Assembly (NCBI GenBank): GCA_030390025.1
Contig: CM059453.1
Location: 7,006,001 to 7,070,000 of the forward strand
Length of the DNA stretch: 64,000 nucleotides
Reading direction: 5' to 3'
Source: Squalus acanthias
Lineage: Eukaryota
Shown in pieces: positions 50,512 through 62,444 of the stretch. The translations under genes were made by a program, and so were the position numbers. Every line of letters begins with the position of its first letter. Positions within the stretch are counted from its first letter, which is position 1. The notes under the pieces were generated by a model, which searched no databases, was not told where the DNA came from, and worked only from the letters and a program-made list of their open reading frames with translations.

Positions 50512-50799
50512 ATAAACCCAAAATAGTATCAGGCCCGACCTGCACCAGCTCTGACAGTGGGATTCATTGTACCTGCAGTGTCAGAGCCAACCCTCCAGCA
50601 AACATCACCTGGGGCATCAATGGGAGAAACATCACTGCGAACAGTTCAGATATCAATATCCTCTGCTCGGAGTTGAAAAGTCACCTGGTGCAGAGCTCCC
50701 TGACACTGACTCACCCAAATGGAACTGGACACCGGATCTCATGCTTTGGAGTAAATGAGGATGGCGTTACTGTCGGCAAATACCAGTTCCAATCTGGAG
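50512..50799 (+). CDS. Gene B C2c exon
   Basis: 288 nt, open, AG/GT intact: KPKIVSGPTCTSSDSGIHCTCSVRANPPANITW...RISCFGVNEDGVTVGKYQFQSG. Confidence 0.9.
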
Positions 50800-51239
50800 G
50801 TAAATATTAAATGTTCCTGTAATATAAGTACTGCAGACGGTTTGATCCATCACCTGTCAGTGACTAACTGAACGGTGTTAATGTCAGCAAATAACAGTTC
50901 CATTCGACAGCTGCATGCCAAATCCAAGTACTTTAAGTCTGATCCATTGGATATTTTAAGCAGTGTATGGTCTGGCCAAAAACTCATTGAATGTTGCGAT
51001 GGGAATATTGAATACATTTTAAATCTGTCTCTCATTTCCGGGTGTGTTTCTTGTCGCCTTGTTTTTGTCACGATTGTAAGGGATTAATATATAACATTAG
51101 AAGTAGCGCGCAATCGTTAATACAACAGAACCTTCTGAATCAATTGAACCCTTTGCGAATTCAGGTGTCCTCTCACTCTAACGGAAGCCGGCAGCAGTCT
51201 ATCATTTAATTGAACTTTGCACAGTTTTAGTACCGATTT

Positions 51240-54098
51240 CTGATGTAGGATACACTTGTCTTAGAGGCGGCTCACGAGATTGATTCCTGACATGAGAGGG
51301 CTGTCAATTGAGGAGAGATTGAGTAGATTGGCCCTATACTCTCTGGAGATTAGAAGAATGATAGGTGATTACATTGAAACATATAAGGTTCTGAGGGGAT
51401 TGACAGGGTAGATGCTTAGAGGTTGTTTCCCCTTGCTTGAGAGTCCAGAACTAGCGTGCATAGTCTCAGGATATGCCGTGAGACATTTAAGACTGAGATG
51501 AGGAGGAATTTCTTCACTCAGAGGGTTGTGAATCTTTGGAATTCTCTACCTCAGTCGGTTGTGGATGCTGAGTCGTTGAGTATATTCAAGGCTGGGATCG
51601 ATAGATTTTTGGACTGCAGATGAATTGAGGGATATGGAGTTTGGGGAGGGAGTGGAGCTGCGATCGAAAGTCAGCCATGATCTTATTGAATGGCAGAGCA
51701 GGTTGGAGGGACCGTCGCACCGATTCCTGCTCCTAATTCATATGGTCTTTTGTTCTCATGAACTTGCTAGTTTTGAATATTTAGTCCAATGTGTCCACCT
51801 CGCTCAATAAAACACATTTTGGAGCTAGTTCAGATTGCCCCTGGATGGTTGTCATGGAGATATTATGAGAAGATAACATGAGATAATCCTGAAAATTGAA
51901 CCAGCATATTTGGGATAATTGAAAGTGCAGATGCTAGATTGATTTGAAGTATTGGATAGCAGGCGAACAGATCCGAATGTGTAGCGAGGATATAGGCAGG
52001 CTGTCGGGGTTATACCTGGAAACATATATTTAGTCAGATCATTAATCACAAGCTTTCAAGGTGGATGGTCCCATGCAATTCAAACACTGTATCGTATGAA
52101 GAGGAATCGCTAGTTCTTTAAGGCCCAATTTTGCAAAACTTCTCAGTTAGAATCATAGAAATTTACGGCACAGAAGGAGACCATTCGGCCAATCGTATCT
52201 GTGGCGGACGAAAAAGAGCTATCCAGCCCAATCCCGCTTTCCAGTTCTTGGCCTGCAGCTTTGCAGGTTGCGGTGCTTCAAGTGTATTTCCAAGTACTTT
52301 TTAAATGCAATTAGGGTTTTTGCCTCTATCACTCTTTCAGGCAGTGAGTTTCATTCCCCCAGAACCCTCTGGGTGAAATAGCTTCCATTAAATTCCCTCT
52401 AATCCTTCTACCAATTACTTTAAATCTATGCCCCCTGGTTAATGAACTCTCACCTAAGGGAAATAGGTCCTTCCTATCCATTCACTCTAGGATCCACATA
52501 ATTTTATACACGAAAAATTTGCATTAACTGAATCAACATGTGTTACTAATTCTGAGATGTGTACCGGTTATTGTTTATTTACATTTTCTTATTTTGATTT
52601 CTTTTGAACTTAACATCGGGGAGGTACCAGAGGACTGGAGAACAGCTAACGCAGTACCATTATTTAATAAGGGTAGTAGGAATAAACCAGGGAATTTACA
52701 GGCCAGTGAGCCTACCATCAGTGGTAGGGAAATTATTGAAAAAAATTCTGAGCGACAGAATTAGTCTACACTTGGAGAGGCAAAGATTAATCCATGATAG
52801 TCAGCATGGCCTTTTCAGGGGCAGATCATGTCTAACCAATTTGATTGAATTTTTCGAGTGGGTGACTCGGTGTGTGGATGAGGGTAGTGCAGTTGATGTA
52901 GTCTATATGGACTTCAGTAAGGCTTTTGACAAAGTCCCACATGGGAGACTGGTCAAGAAGGTAAGAGCCCATGGGATCCAGGGCAATTTGGCACATTTGA
53001 TCTAAAATTGGCTTAGTGGCAGGAGGCAGAAGGTGATGGTCGAAGGTTGTTTTTGTGACTGGAAGCCTGTGTCCAGTGGTGTACCGCAGGGATCGGTGTT
53101 GGGTCCCTTTCTGTTTGTAGTGTACATTAATAAATTAGATTTGAATTCATGAGGTATGATCAGTAAGTTCGCAGATGACACGAACATTGCTGGTGTGGTT
53201 AATAGCGAGGAGGGAAGCCTCAGGCTACAGGACGATATAGACGAGTTGGTCAGATGGGCAGAACATTGGCAACTTGAATTTAACCCTGAAAAGTGCGAGG
53301 TGATGTATTTTGGGAGGACTAACAAGGCAAAAGAATAAACAATGAATGGTAGCACCCTAGGAAGGACAGAGGATCAGAGGGACCTTGGTGTGCTTGTACA
53401 TAGATTCCTGAAAGCAGCAGGACAGTTAGATAAGGTGGTTAAGAAGGCATATGGGATAATTGCCTTCATTAGCTGAGCCATAGAATATAAGAGGAGGGAG
53501 GCATGATGGAGCTGTAAAAAACGTTAGTTGGGCCGCAGCTGGAATATTGTGTGCAGTTCTGGTCGCCTCACTACAGGAAGGATATGATGGCATTAGAGAG
53601 GGTGCAGAGGAGATTCACCAGGATGTTACCTGGGCTGGAGCGTTTCAGCTATGGAGAGACTGGACAGGCTGGGGTTGTTTTCCTTAGAGCAGTAAAGGCT
53701 GAAGGCGGACTGATTGAGGTGTCCAAAATTATGAGGGGCATAGATAGCGTAGATAGAAAGTAACTTTCCCCCTTAGTAGAGGGGTCACTAACCAGGGGGC
53801 ATAGTTTCAAGGTCAGGGGCAGGAGGATTAGAGGGGATTTGAGGAAAAACTTTTTCACCCAGGGGCTGGTTGGAACCTGGAACTCACTGCCTGAAAGGGT
53901 GGTAGAGGCAGGAACCCTCACAACATTCAAGAAGCATTTAGACGAGCACTTGAAACGCCATAGCATACAAGGCTGCGGACCAAGTGCTGGAAAATGGGAT
54001 TAGAATAGACAGGGCTTGATGGCCGGCACGGACACTATGGGCCGAAGGGTCCCTTTCTGTGCTGCATAACTCTATGACTCTATGACTATGACTCTATA
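51240..54098. mobile_element. CR1 fragments: 51240-51750 (+), 52150-52510 (-), 52615-54098 (+); shared with gene A
   Basis: RT motifs YRPVSL, QHG, DFSKAFDKVPH, KFADD; collinear with 2130-5005. Confidence 0.88.
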
Positions 54099-54476
54099 TA
54101 GGACAGCAATCATAAGACAATTATTTCAAATTTACACAGGGGACAAAACCATTGCTGAAATTCAGTGTCAGTCTGTGGAAGGAGAAATCATTTCAAATGA
54201 TGCCCTCTCTGTGTTCAGTGAACATTGCCCATTAAATGAATAAAATACAATAAGGATTTGTAGGGAGATTAGATTTGGGGTCATTTCCAAGTCGTCCATC
54301 TTCTGATTGCCGGGTCAGAGTCCTGTCTGTTTAGGAATAGATAGAAATACTGAACTTTTACTTTTAAGTAGAGAATTTTTAGAAAACTTGCCTGCACAAG
54401 CTGACAAAAGTTATCCTAAAACCATGATGTAATCTTACAGCAATAATAAACAGCAAAGTCTTTTTGAATATTTTAG

Positions 54477-54561
54477 GAACATTTCCCTGGGAAATTGTCA
54501 TCCCAGTATTAGCAGCCGCCGGAGTTATCCTGCTGATCCTGATCGTGGTGATGGTGCACAA
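54477..54561 (+). CDS. Gene B TM exon (uncharged core)
   Basis: GTFPWEIVIPVLAAAGVILLILIVVMVHK; 85 nt, AG/GT intact. Confidence 0.9.
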
Positions 54562-55719
54562 GTATGTGTGGTTCATAATTACTTAAACTATTGTGTCAAT
54601 CACAGATTTGATAGGGGCCATGACATCAGGATATCTGCCTGTGAGAAACTATTGTTTCAAATAATTAACCCATGAGAGTATTGACCCTGAAACTCAGCTA
54701 AGATTTGTAAAGGTGAGGATTAAAGAGGACAAGTGCTTTGTGGTGCAAGTAGGGAAGTGTGAAAGGCTCATCTGCCCCTGGTCGCTCTATGGCCAGTCTA
54801 TCGCTGGTCTATCGCCGGCCTATCGCTTCTCCCAGCACCAGTAACAGATCAGAATAATCGTTCTCTTGCCTTTGCCCCAGTAGCTTACGCTTCCATGTCC
54901 AAAGCTTTTGGGTTCAAGCATCAAACCAAAGCATGAGCACCACATCTGTTCTGACATTGTGGTGGAGTGCGGCATTGTTGGAGATGCCGTCTTTCATACC
55001 AGACATTTAATCAGAAACACTATTTGACTGCTCAAGTGGATATGAAAGATCCCATGATACTATTGGTGGAAGAGCAGTGAAGTTCTCCCTGTGTCACGGC
55101 AAACAAATGTTCCCCAATCAATCCAGGAAAGCAGATTAACTCTTCAATTGCCTTTTTGCTGTTTATGGATTTTGCTGTGCTGAAAATGGCTTCCATGTTT
55201 GGATACAAAACTAGTTTCAAATAATAATTCATTGGCTGTGGAATGCTTTAGGGAGATCCTGATGTAAAGGCACTATTTAATTGCAAGTTCATTATTCGGG
55301 ATTTGGGAATTGAAAGCCAACCAACAAATTGCCTTCCTTTAGCATCTTGTAAGAATAGTTGCAAGGGCTTCACAAGGAAACATAACTCGGGCACCAATTC
55401 AAAGAGGCTGATGTAATGAGCAGTGATTAAAATCTTGGTCAGAGACGTGGGGTTTAAGGAGGGTGTAAATGGAGAAGATGGAAGTGGAGTCGCGGTGGAG
55501 TCCAAGGACATGATTCCAGAGTGTGTGGGCTGAGTGATTGAAGGCACGGCCGCCAATGGAGGGTGATCATAAGGAGCAAAAAGAGGCTGCAATTACAACA
55601 TCGGAGATTTGGAACCGGTGCCGATTGTTGTAGGACCAGAGGCCGTTACAGAGGCAGTGTGGGGGCCATTGATAGATTTATAAAAATATTAATCTCTTCA
55701 ATGGTAAGAAAGTAATGAA

Positions 55720-56172
55720 ATGAAGACTTGCATTTATATAGCGCCTTTCACTACCTCAGCACGTCTGAAAGCGCTTTACAGCCAATGAAGTTCTTTTGAA
55801 GTGTAGTCACTGTTGTAATGTAGGAAACGCGGCAGTCTATCCATGCACAGCGAGCTCCCACAAACAGCAACGTGATAATGACCAGATCATCTGTTAATTG
55901 AGGGATAAATATTGGACAAACCACTCGTGTAGAACTCCCCTGCTCTTCCTCGAAATAGTGCCATAGGATCTTTTACGTCTGCCCGAGAAAGCATATGTAA
56001 CCTCGGTCGAACGTCTCATTCGAAAGACGGCACATCCGACAGTGCAGCGCTCCCTCAGTACTGCAGTGGAGGTTCAGCCTGGATTTTAGTGCTCAAGTCC
56101 CTGGAGCGGGACTTTGAACCCACAAACTACTTGACTCAGAGGCGAGAGTGCTATCCACTGATCCACGGCTGA
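55720..56172 (-). mobile_element. SacSINE1-like DeuSINE
   Basis: tRNA-like head (cagccgtggatcagtggatagcactctcgcctctgagtca), Deu core, tail gcgctatataaatgcaagt. Confidence 0.8.
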
Positions 56173-56494
56173 AAAGCTACCAGCGGGTAGCCGTTAGCAG
56201 GAATGCAGTATATGTTTACGTTAGTTGTTAGGGTGTAATAGAAAAACAACGGTATTTGGAGAAACGTGTTATTCTTATCTTTCATTCCTCCTTCTGAAGC
56301 TGTTTAGTTTCACTATGTTTCTTCCAAGGCTACTGTCAGAATTTCTCAATTGAAGAAAGGTAGGTTGTTGAATACCATCAACAAAGTAACTGGAAGCAAG
56401 TGAATTTAAATAAATCGTTAATTAAAAAGAAGCAGCTAATTTAAATATTATTTAAATAATCACAGAAGATGTTTGTGTTTGGAAAGCCAGAATA

Positions 56495-57225
56495 GGGAAT
56501 TGTTGAGGTTCAGTGGGACCTGAGTGTCCTTCTACACGGATCAATTAAAGTTAACATGCAGGTACAGCAAGCAAATGGTATGTTGATCTTTTTTACAAGA
56601 GGATTTGAGTATAAGAGTAAAGACGTCTTACTGCAATTATATCGGGCCCTGGTGAGACTACACCTGGAGTATTGTGTACAGTTTTGTTCTCCTTACCTAA
56701 GGAAGGAGATACTTGCCATGGAGGGAGTGCAACGAAGGTTCACCAGACTGGTTCCTGGGATGGGGGGATTGTCCTATGAGGAGAGATTGAGTAGACTAGG
56801 TCTATAATCTCTAGAGTTCAGAAGAATGAGAGTTGATCACTTTGAAACATAGAAAATTCTTACAGGACTTGACAGGGTAGATGCAGAAAGGTAGTTTCCC
56901 CTGGCTGGGCAGTCTGGAACCAGGGGTCACAGTCTCAGCATAATAGGTCGGCCATTTAGGACTGAGATGAGGAGAAATTTCTTCACTCAGGGGGTGATGA
57001 ATCTTTGGAATTCTGTACCCCACAGGGCTAGGGAGGCTCAGTCGTTGAATATATTTAAGACAGAGATCGATAGATTTTTTGGATATTAAGGGAATCAAGG
57101 GATATGGGGATAGTGCAGGAAAGTGGAGATGAGGTAGAAGATCAGCCATGATCTTATTGAATGGCGGAGCAGGCTCGAGGGGCCGAAAGGCCGACTCCTG
57201 CTCCTATATCTTATGTTCTTATGTT
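56495..57225 (+). mobile_element. CR1 3' end (gene B-specific)
   Basis: LYRALVRLHLEYCVQF; (ttatgttc)n tail. Confidence 0.85.
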
Positions 57226-58029
57226 CTCTTTCCTCAGGCCCATGCCTGATATCAACCTCAGACTGGGCAGCAAGTGTATCTCAGTGAAGTACAACAGTCC
57301 TGTTTGAGTGAAGCTGGTTTTTTAAACTGCAATTTCCCATAACAGAATCAGAAAAAAACAATAACAAGCTAAATTTGAAGATAAATTGATTCGTTTTATT
57401 CACAGGAATAAGAAAACAGAATCCAGGTTTTCAAACTGATTCAAAAAGGACATTCCTTTCTCTCGCAGTTGATAACTCCAATGGACTGGAATTAAACTAT
57501 GTAAAATGAGGAATGAATGTGTTACCGCACTTTCTCAAAGTCCTGTCTGTAATTATAAAATGTTGTTCGGATTTTGCATTAAACCCTTCCGTCTGCTCTT
57601 TAGACAGTTTGTCAAGACAATGTGTAAAATCGTGTCTATTGAACAAGGCGTGTAACACTTGTCTGCTACTTAATAGGGTGTTAAGACAATGTGTGAAACT
57701 CATGCATGCCGTTCAAGCACAGTCTTAACAAACAGCAAAACTCCCCCGTCTGATACTTACTCGGTGTGCACGCACTTTACAAAACTACTCTATTTGCTCT
57801 TTAAACAGTATTAACTTAATGTGCGTAATTCCTGTCTACAATGCTAAAGGAACACTGTGCAGGCTGATCATTCCTCCCAGTGCGGACTGCAACATATCAT
57901 TAACCAGCTTCATTAGATAGGGAGAAATCTTAATTTATAAATTTGGAAGTGTAAGGATAGAAAAGTAACGGGAATCAAATCCTGTCTATGCTAATCAGGA
58001 AATGCCAGACACTCAAGTCACTGATGATT

Positions 58030-59045
58030 ACATAGGATTACAAAGGATATACGGCACAGAAACAAGCCATTCGGCCCAACCAGTCCATGCCGGCGTTTAT
58101 GCTCCACACGAGCCTCCTCCCGTCTTTCCATTTCTAAATCTATCAGCATGACCCTCTATTCACGTCTCCATCACATGGTTGTCCAGACTCCCCTTAAATG
58201 CATTTATACTGTTCGATTCAACCACTCCCTGTGGTAGCGAGTTCCACATTCTCACCACTCTCTGGGTAAATAAGTTTCTTCCGAATTCCCTATTGGATTT
58301 CTTGGTGACAATCTTAAGTTGACTCCCTCTAGTTATGCTCTTCCCCACAAGTGGAAACATTCTCTCTGTATCCACTCTATCAAAACCTTTCATAATTTTA
58401 AAGACCTCAAGAAAAAAGAGACCCAGCCTGTTCATCCTTTCCTGATATGTTTAACCTCGCATTTCTGGTATCATCCTTGCAGATCTCCTCTGGACCCTTT
58501 CCAGTGCCTCTATATCTTTTTAATAATATTGTGGCCAGAACTGCACGCAATACTCCAAGTGTGGTCTAACCAAGGTTCGATACAGGTTTAGCATAACTTC
58601 CCTACTTTTCAATTCTATCCCTCTAGGAATAAACCCTAGTGCTTGGTTTGCATTTGTAATGGCCTTGCTAACCTATTGCGCAACTTTTAGTGATTTGTGT
58701 AATTGTAATCCGAGATCCCTTTGTTCCTCTGCCCCACCTAGACTCGCCCCCTTCAATTGATAAGTGACCTCCCTATTCTTTCTACCAAAATGTAATACCT
58801 CACATTTGTCTGTGTTGCAATTATTTTATCAATTATTTGCCCATTCTTCGAATTTATTAATGTCCTCCTATATTTTGTTGCAGTCCTCCTCAGTGTTGAC
58901 TATCCCACCAATTTGGTATCATCCTCAAATTTAGAAGTTGTTTTTGATTCCAAAATCCAAATCCTTAATGTAAATTGTGAGCAGTCTTGGTCCCAGCACT
59001 GATCCTTGTTGAACACCACTACCCACCTTCTGCCACTGTGAATGT
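58030..59045 (-). mobile_element. CR1 RT C-half and 3' end (gene B-specific)
   Basis: FTQRVVRMWNSLPQG; QGSVLGP-like motif near 58990-59010. Confidence 0.85.
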
Positions 59046-59145
59046 AGTATGCAACCGTGTTTCAAAACACGAGCACTGCAAGATTTATTGAATTAAATTT
59101 TAATCTCTTGTGAAATGTGCCTTATTTTTATTTTTTAACACTCAG

Positions 59146-59194
59146 GAGGAAGACAAGAGGTACCACTGGTGTCCCCTTAACCAACAACGATTCG
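59146..59194 (+). CDS. Gene B cytoplasmic exon 1
   Basis: ctcag|GAGGAAG...TCG|GTGAGT: (K)RKTRGTTGVPLTNNDS. A second donor GAG|GTAAGT lies at 59234. Confidence 0.8.
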
Positions 59195-59824
59195 GTGAGT
59201 TACATTGTACTGTAGACCCCGTTTAACACGGAGGTAAGTGAGTGCATGGCAACTGCCCAACATTCGATGGAGTTACCCCTGTCTGATATTGGCACTGTTT
59301 GCAACCACAGTGAGTCACATTAACCATGCAGCTCAACGGGTCAACAGGTTTTCCAGAAAATTGTTTGACTGTGTTTTTAAAGGGTGGAATGAACAGCTTA
59401 CACTACCAACAGAAAGTGATGTGCTTGTCATGTCCTGGTCAATGCATCGTGCATTTTCTCTGTCGTGGATTTCTATTGAATTCAAAGTGGGTCTAAGGGT
59501 ATCGATTGACCGTGTCATGACATATATTAATCAGAGTAATATTTACACTCACCTCACCCATGGCAGTACATCCGGTGCTTTAAATTATCAACAAGATCAC
59601 ATAGTAAGAGGGGTTTGAGAGGGTGAAATAGAATGGTATTTCTCTGGGATTATCTACATTGTCCTAACTGGTTTTTATGGCGCTATTTTACCGCGCGGCG
59701 GCAACAATCTGTGCGCGGGTCCTGGGTGAGCAAAAGGCTCGCATGGGACAGGTTTTAAATCCGGGGTCTTAATTTAATGTCCAGCCCCGACTCCCACCCG
59801 AACCCGACTGCAATCATTGGCTAT

Positions 59825-60340
59825 AATAAAAGCTGAAAATGCTGGAAATACTCAGCAAGTCGGGCAGCATCTGTGGAGAGAGAAACAGATGTAAAGTTTC
59901 AGGTCGATGACCTTTCATCAGAACTGGAAAAAAGTTGAAGATGGAACCGGTTTTAAGCAAGTGCAGGGGCAGAGAAAGGGGGGAGGGGAGGAAGCGATAA
60001 AAAGTGTAGGTCTGCGATAGGGTGGAAGGCAGGAGAGATTAAATGACAAAAGAGATGATGGTGCGAGGCGAAATGAGATGGTAATAGGACAAGTAAAGGA
60101 ACATAAGTTGTGCCGAGAGGAGGTGTAAATGGCAGCAGCAGAACCATTACCAAAAACTGCTGTCCGAAACAATGGGGGCAGTGGTGATGATCTGAAATTG
60201 TTAAACTCGGTGTTGTGTCCAGAAGGCTATAAAGTGCCTATTCGAAAGATGAGGTGCTGTTCCTCGAGTTTCCATTGAGTTTCATTGGAACCGTGTAGGA
60301 TGCTGAGGACAGAGAGGTCAGAGTGGGAGTGGAGCAGAGA
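59825..60340 (-). mobile_element. Penelope-like terminal fragment
   Basis: Paralog of 9160-9670. Confidence 0.55.
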
Positions 60341-60588
60341 ATTATACTCAGGCTCTCTCTCGCAACTGCCCCCAGCAGTCGGGTAAATGTTGAGGAGTGG
60401 TGAATACTATCGGCGCGGCAGTACTCAGGGTCAGGGGAAGCCCAAGGTTTCCTTTTAGGGACAGAAGGAGCTCAATAGGACAATTAGAACGGTGGCAGAG
60501 TCGGAATAAAGCGGATTAATCTGGTACAGGAAGCGCACTGTCACCCGTTTCAGTATCTCCACATCTAATGCACTACTTTCTGTTATAG

Positions 60589-60756
60589 AGACAAGACATG
60601 TATGGAGACACTGGTGTGAAAGGGGCTACATCAAACCGGTCAGCTCAAAGTGAAGAGGTCCTGTATGCAGCTGTCAGTTTTTCAAAAGTTCACAAGCAAG
60701 AGCAATATCTCCAGATCGAGGAGACAAGTGAATACGCCGCAATTAAATTTAAATGA
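60589..60756 (+). CDS. Gene B terminal exon, ITIM VLYAAV and ITIM-like SEYAAI
   Basis: ttatag|AGACAAGAC...: RQDMYGDTGVKGATSNRSAQSEEVLYAAVSFSKVHKQEQYLQIEETSEYAAIKFK*. Confidence 0.9.
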   Translation, partial: RQDMYGDTGVKGATSNRSAQSEEVLYAAVSFSKVHKQEQYLQIEETSEYAAIKFK

Positions 60757-61007
60757 AATCTACTATTCTGACAGATGGAATCTATCAATATCAACACGAC
60801 TGTTGTTATGACTTAGAATAGGAATTTCACATTCCAGGAAGTAGTGTGAATGGACATTTATAAGAGATTAATTGCTATGATTTCAATTCTCTTTGTGAGA
60901 AGATTTGATTTCCAATCCCAAACGAGTTTCTGTTGCAAGCCTCTGTCTGAAATTGAGCGATAAGCACGCTTTAACTCAATGTAACTTTAAACTATTTTAT
61001 CTGCTTT

Positions 61008-61013
61008 AATAAA
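61008..61013 (+). terminator. Putative polyadenylation signal of gene B
   Basis: AATAAA in context homologous to gene A. Confidence 0.55.
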
Positions 61014-61014
61014 A

Positions 61015-61692
61015 CAACCTCTCAGCATCTATCCTGTCAATCCCCTTCGGAATCCTTTTTTTCAATGAGTTCACCTCTCAATCTTCTAAACTCCAGAGTG
61101 TCTAGTCCCATTCGACACAATCTCTCCTCATAAGACAGCCCTCTCATCCCAGGAATCAATCTTTCAAACCTTCGTTGCACCACCTCCAAGGCAAGTATAT
61201 CCTTCCTTAGATAAGGAGACCAAAAATGTTCACAGTACTCCAGTTGTGGTCTCAGCAAGGCGCTGTACAATTGTAGCAGGACTTCCTTACTCTTACACAC
61301 CAACCCCTTGCAATAAAGGCCAACATGCCATTTGCCTTCCTTATTGCTTGCTGTACCTGCATGGTATATTTCTGTGTTTCTTGAACGAGGACACCCAAAT
61401 CTCTCTGAACACCAGTATTTAAAAAGTTTGCAGCATTTAAAAAATATTCTGTTCTTCGATTCTTCCCACCAAAGTGAATAACCTCACATTTCATGACATT
61501 ATACTCCATCTGCCACCTTACTGCCCACTCACTTAGACTATCTATACCCCTTTGCCGACTCTTTGATTTCTCCTCACAGCTAAATGCCCCACCTAGCTTT
61601 GTATCGTCAGCAAACTTGGATACATTACACTCATTCCCTTCATGTAGGTCGTTAATATAGATTGTAAATAGCTGAGGCCCCAACACTGATCT
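61015..61692 (-). mobile_element. CR1 RT fragment
   Basis: ORFs 61037..61303 and 61252..61686 (KFADDTKL). Confidence 0.88.
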
Positions 61693-62444
61693 GGATTAAG
61701 CAAACTTTACGAGGCTCCTTTGATTAAGTCACTTTGATCAGTACTGGAAGACAGCAGTTGACCCTTAACCTCAGCTGTATGCCAACAATTGCACAAGCCT
61801 CTAATGTCCTGCAGGCAGATCTCATCTGAACTGATTCTGTTGATCAATCTAATGATTAAGGTCGACTTGGCTTACTTGAGATCCCGATTGCGTCCAGAAT
61901 TGGTTCAAACAGATCAAATTAAAGGGACTTGTTCATGTAGATAAAACATGGCAATATTGTTTCATGCAGCATTGACACTCGAATGTAAAAGCTGAAGCCA
62001 CCCTTCCCAGATCCAGCATTGAAATAAGAAAACAATCATAAAAGGGTCACTGTGGCAACTGGGATATGAATGAGTTAATTTCACCAAATGTCATATCGCT
62101 GAAGTGTGAATATAAACAGTTGAGGTCACATCGAAAAATGGAAGTTTACCGTGTGAAACTGTCAAACTATTTTGACCCTTTGACATTTCAGCCTGCTGAA
62201 GGTGATAAACCCACATGTCTGCATAGAGCGGCTACAGAACAAACCACAGCATCTCGTTCACAGCACATTGGCAGCCAAGTACCTAAACATGTGAGAGATA
62301 TGAGGCTAAAGTGTGAGCACAAGGCTATTTTAGATATTCGAATCATAAAAGTTAGTTCCTGTCCTGTAACTGTGTAGCTGATGGGGAGGGGGAGGAGGGG
62401 TAATTCTCTGTTCGGGAGTCTTTGGCATTATGTTGATATCATCA

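Larger units (their letters stand above)
49155..61015 (+). repeat. Segmental paralogy with 1-10320 (gene A vs gene B, introns included)
   Basis: Collinear exons and introns with shared CR1, SINE and Penelope-type insertions. Confidence 0.9.

Noticed and set aside
56090-56172. tRNA-like sequence (also ~7240-7315 and ~31010-31075)
   Set aside because: SINE heads attached to Deu-type bodies, not tRNA genes.
44577-60756. Assigning the symbol MAG, CD22 or CD33
   Set aside because: Domain count and tail do not identify a one-to-one ortholog without a phylogeny.
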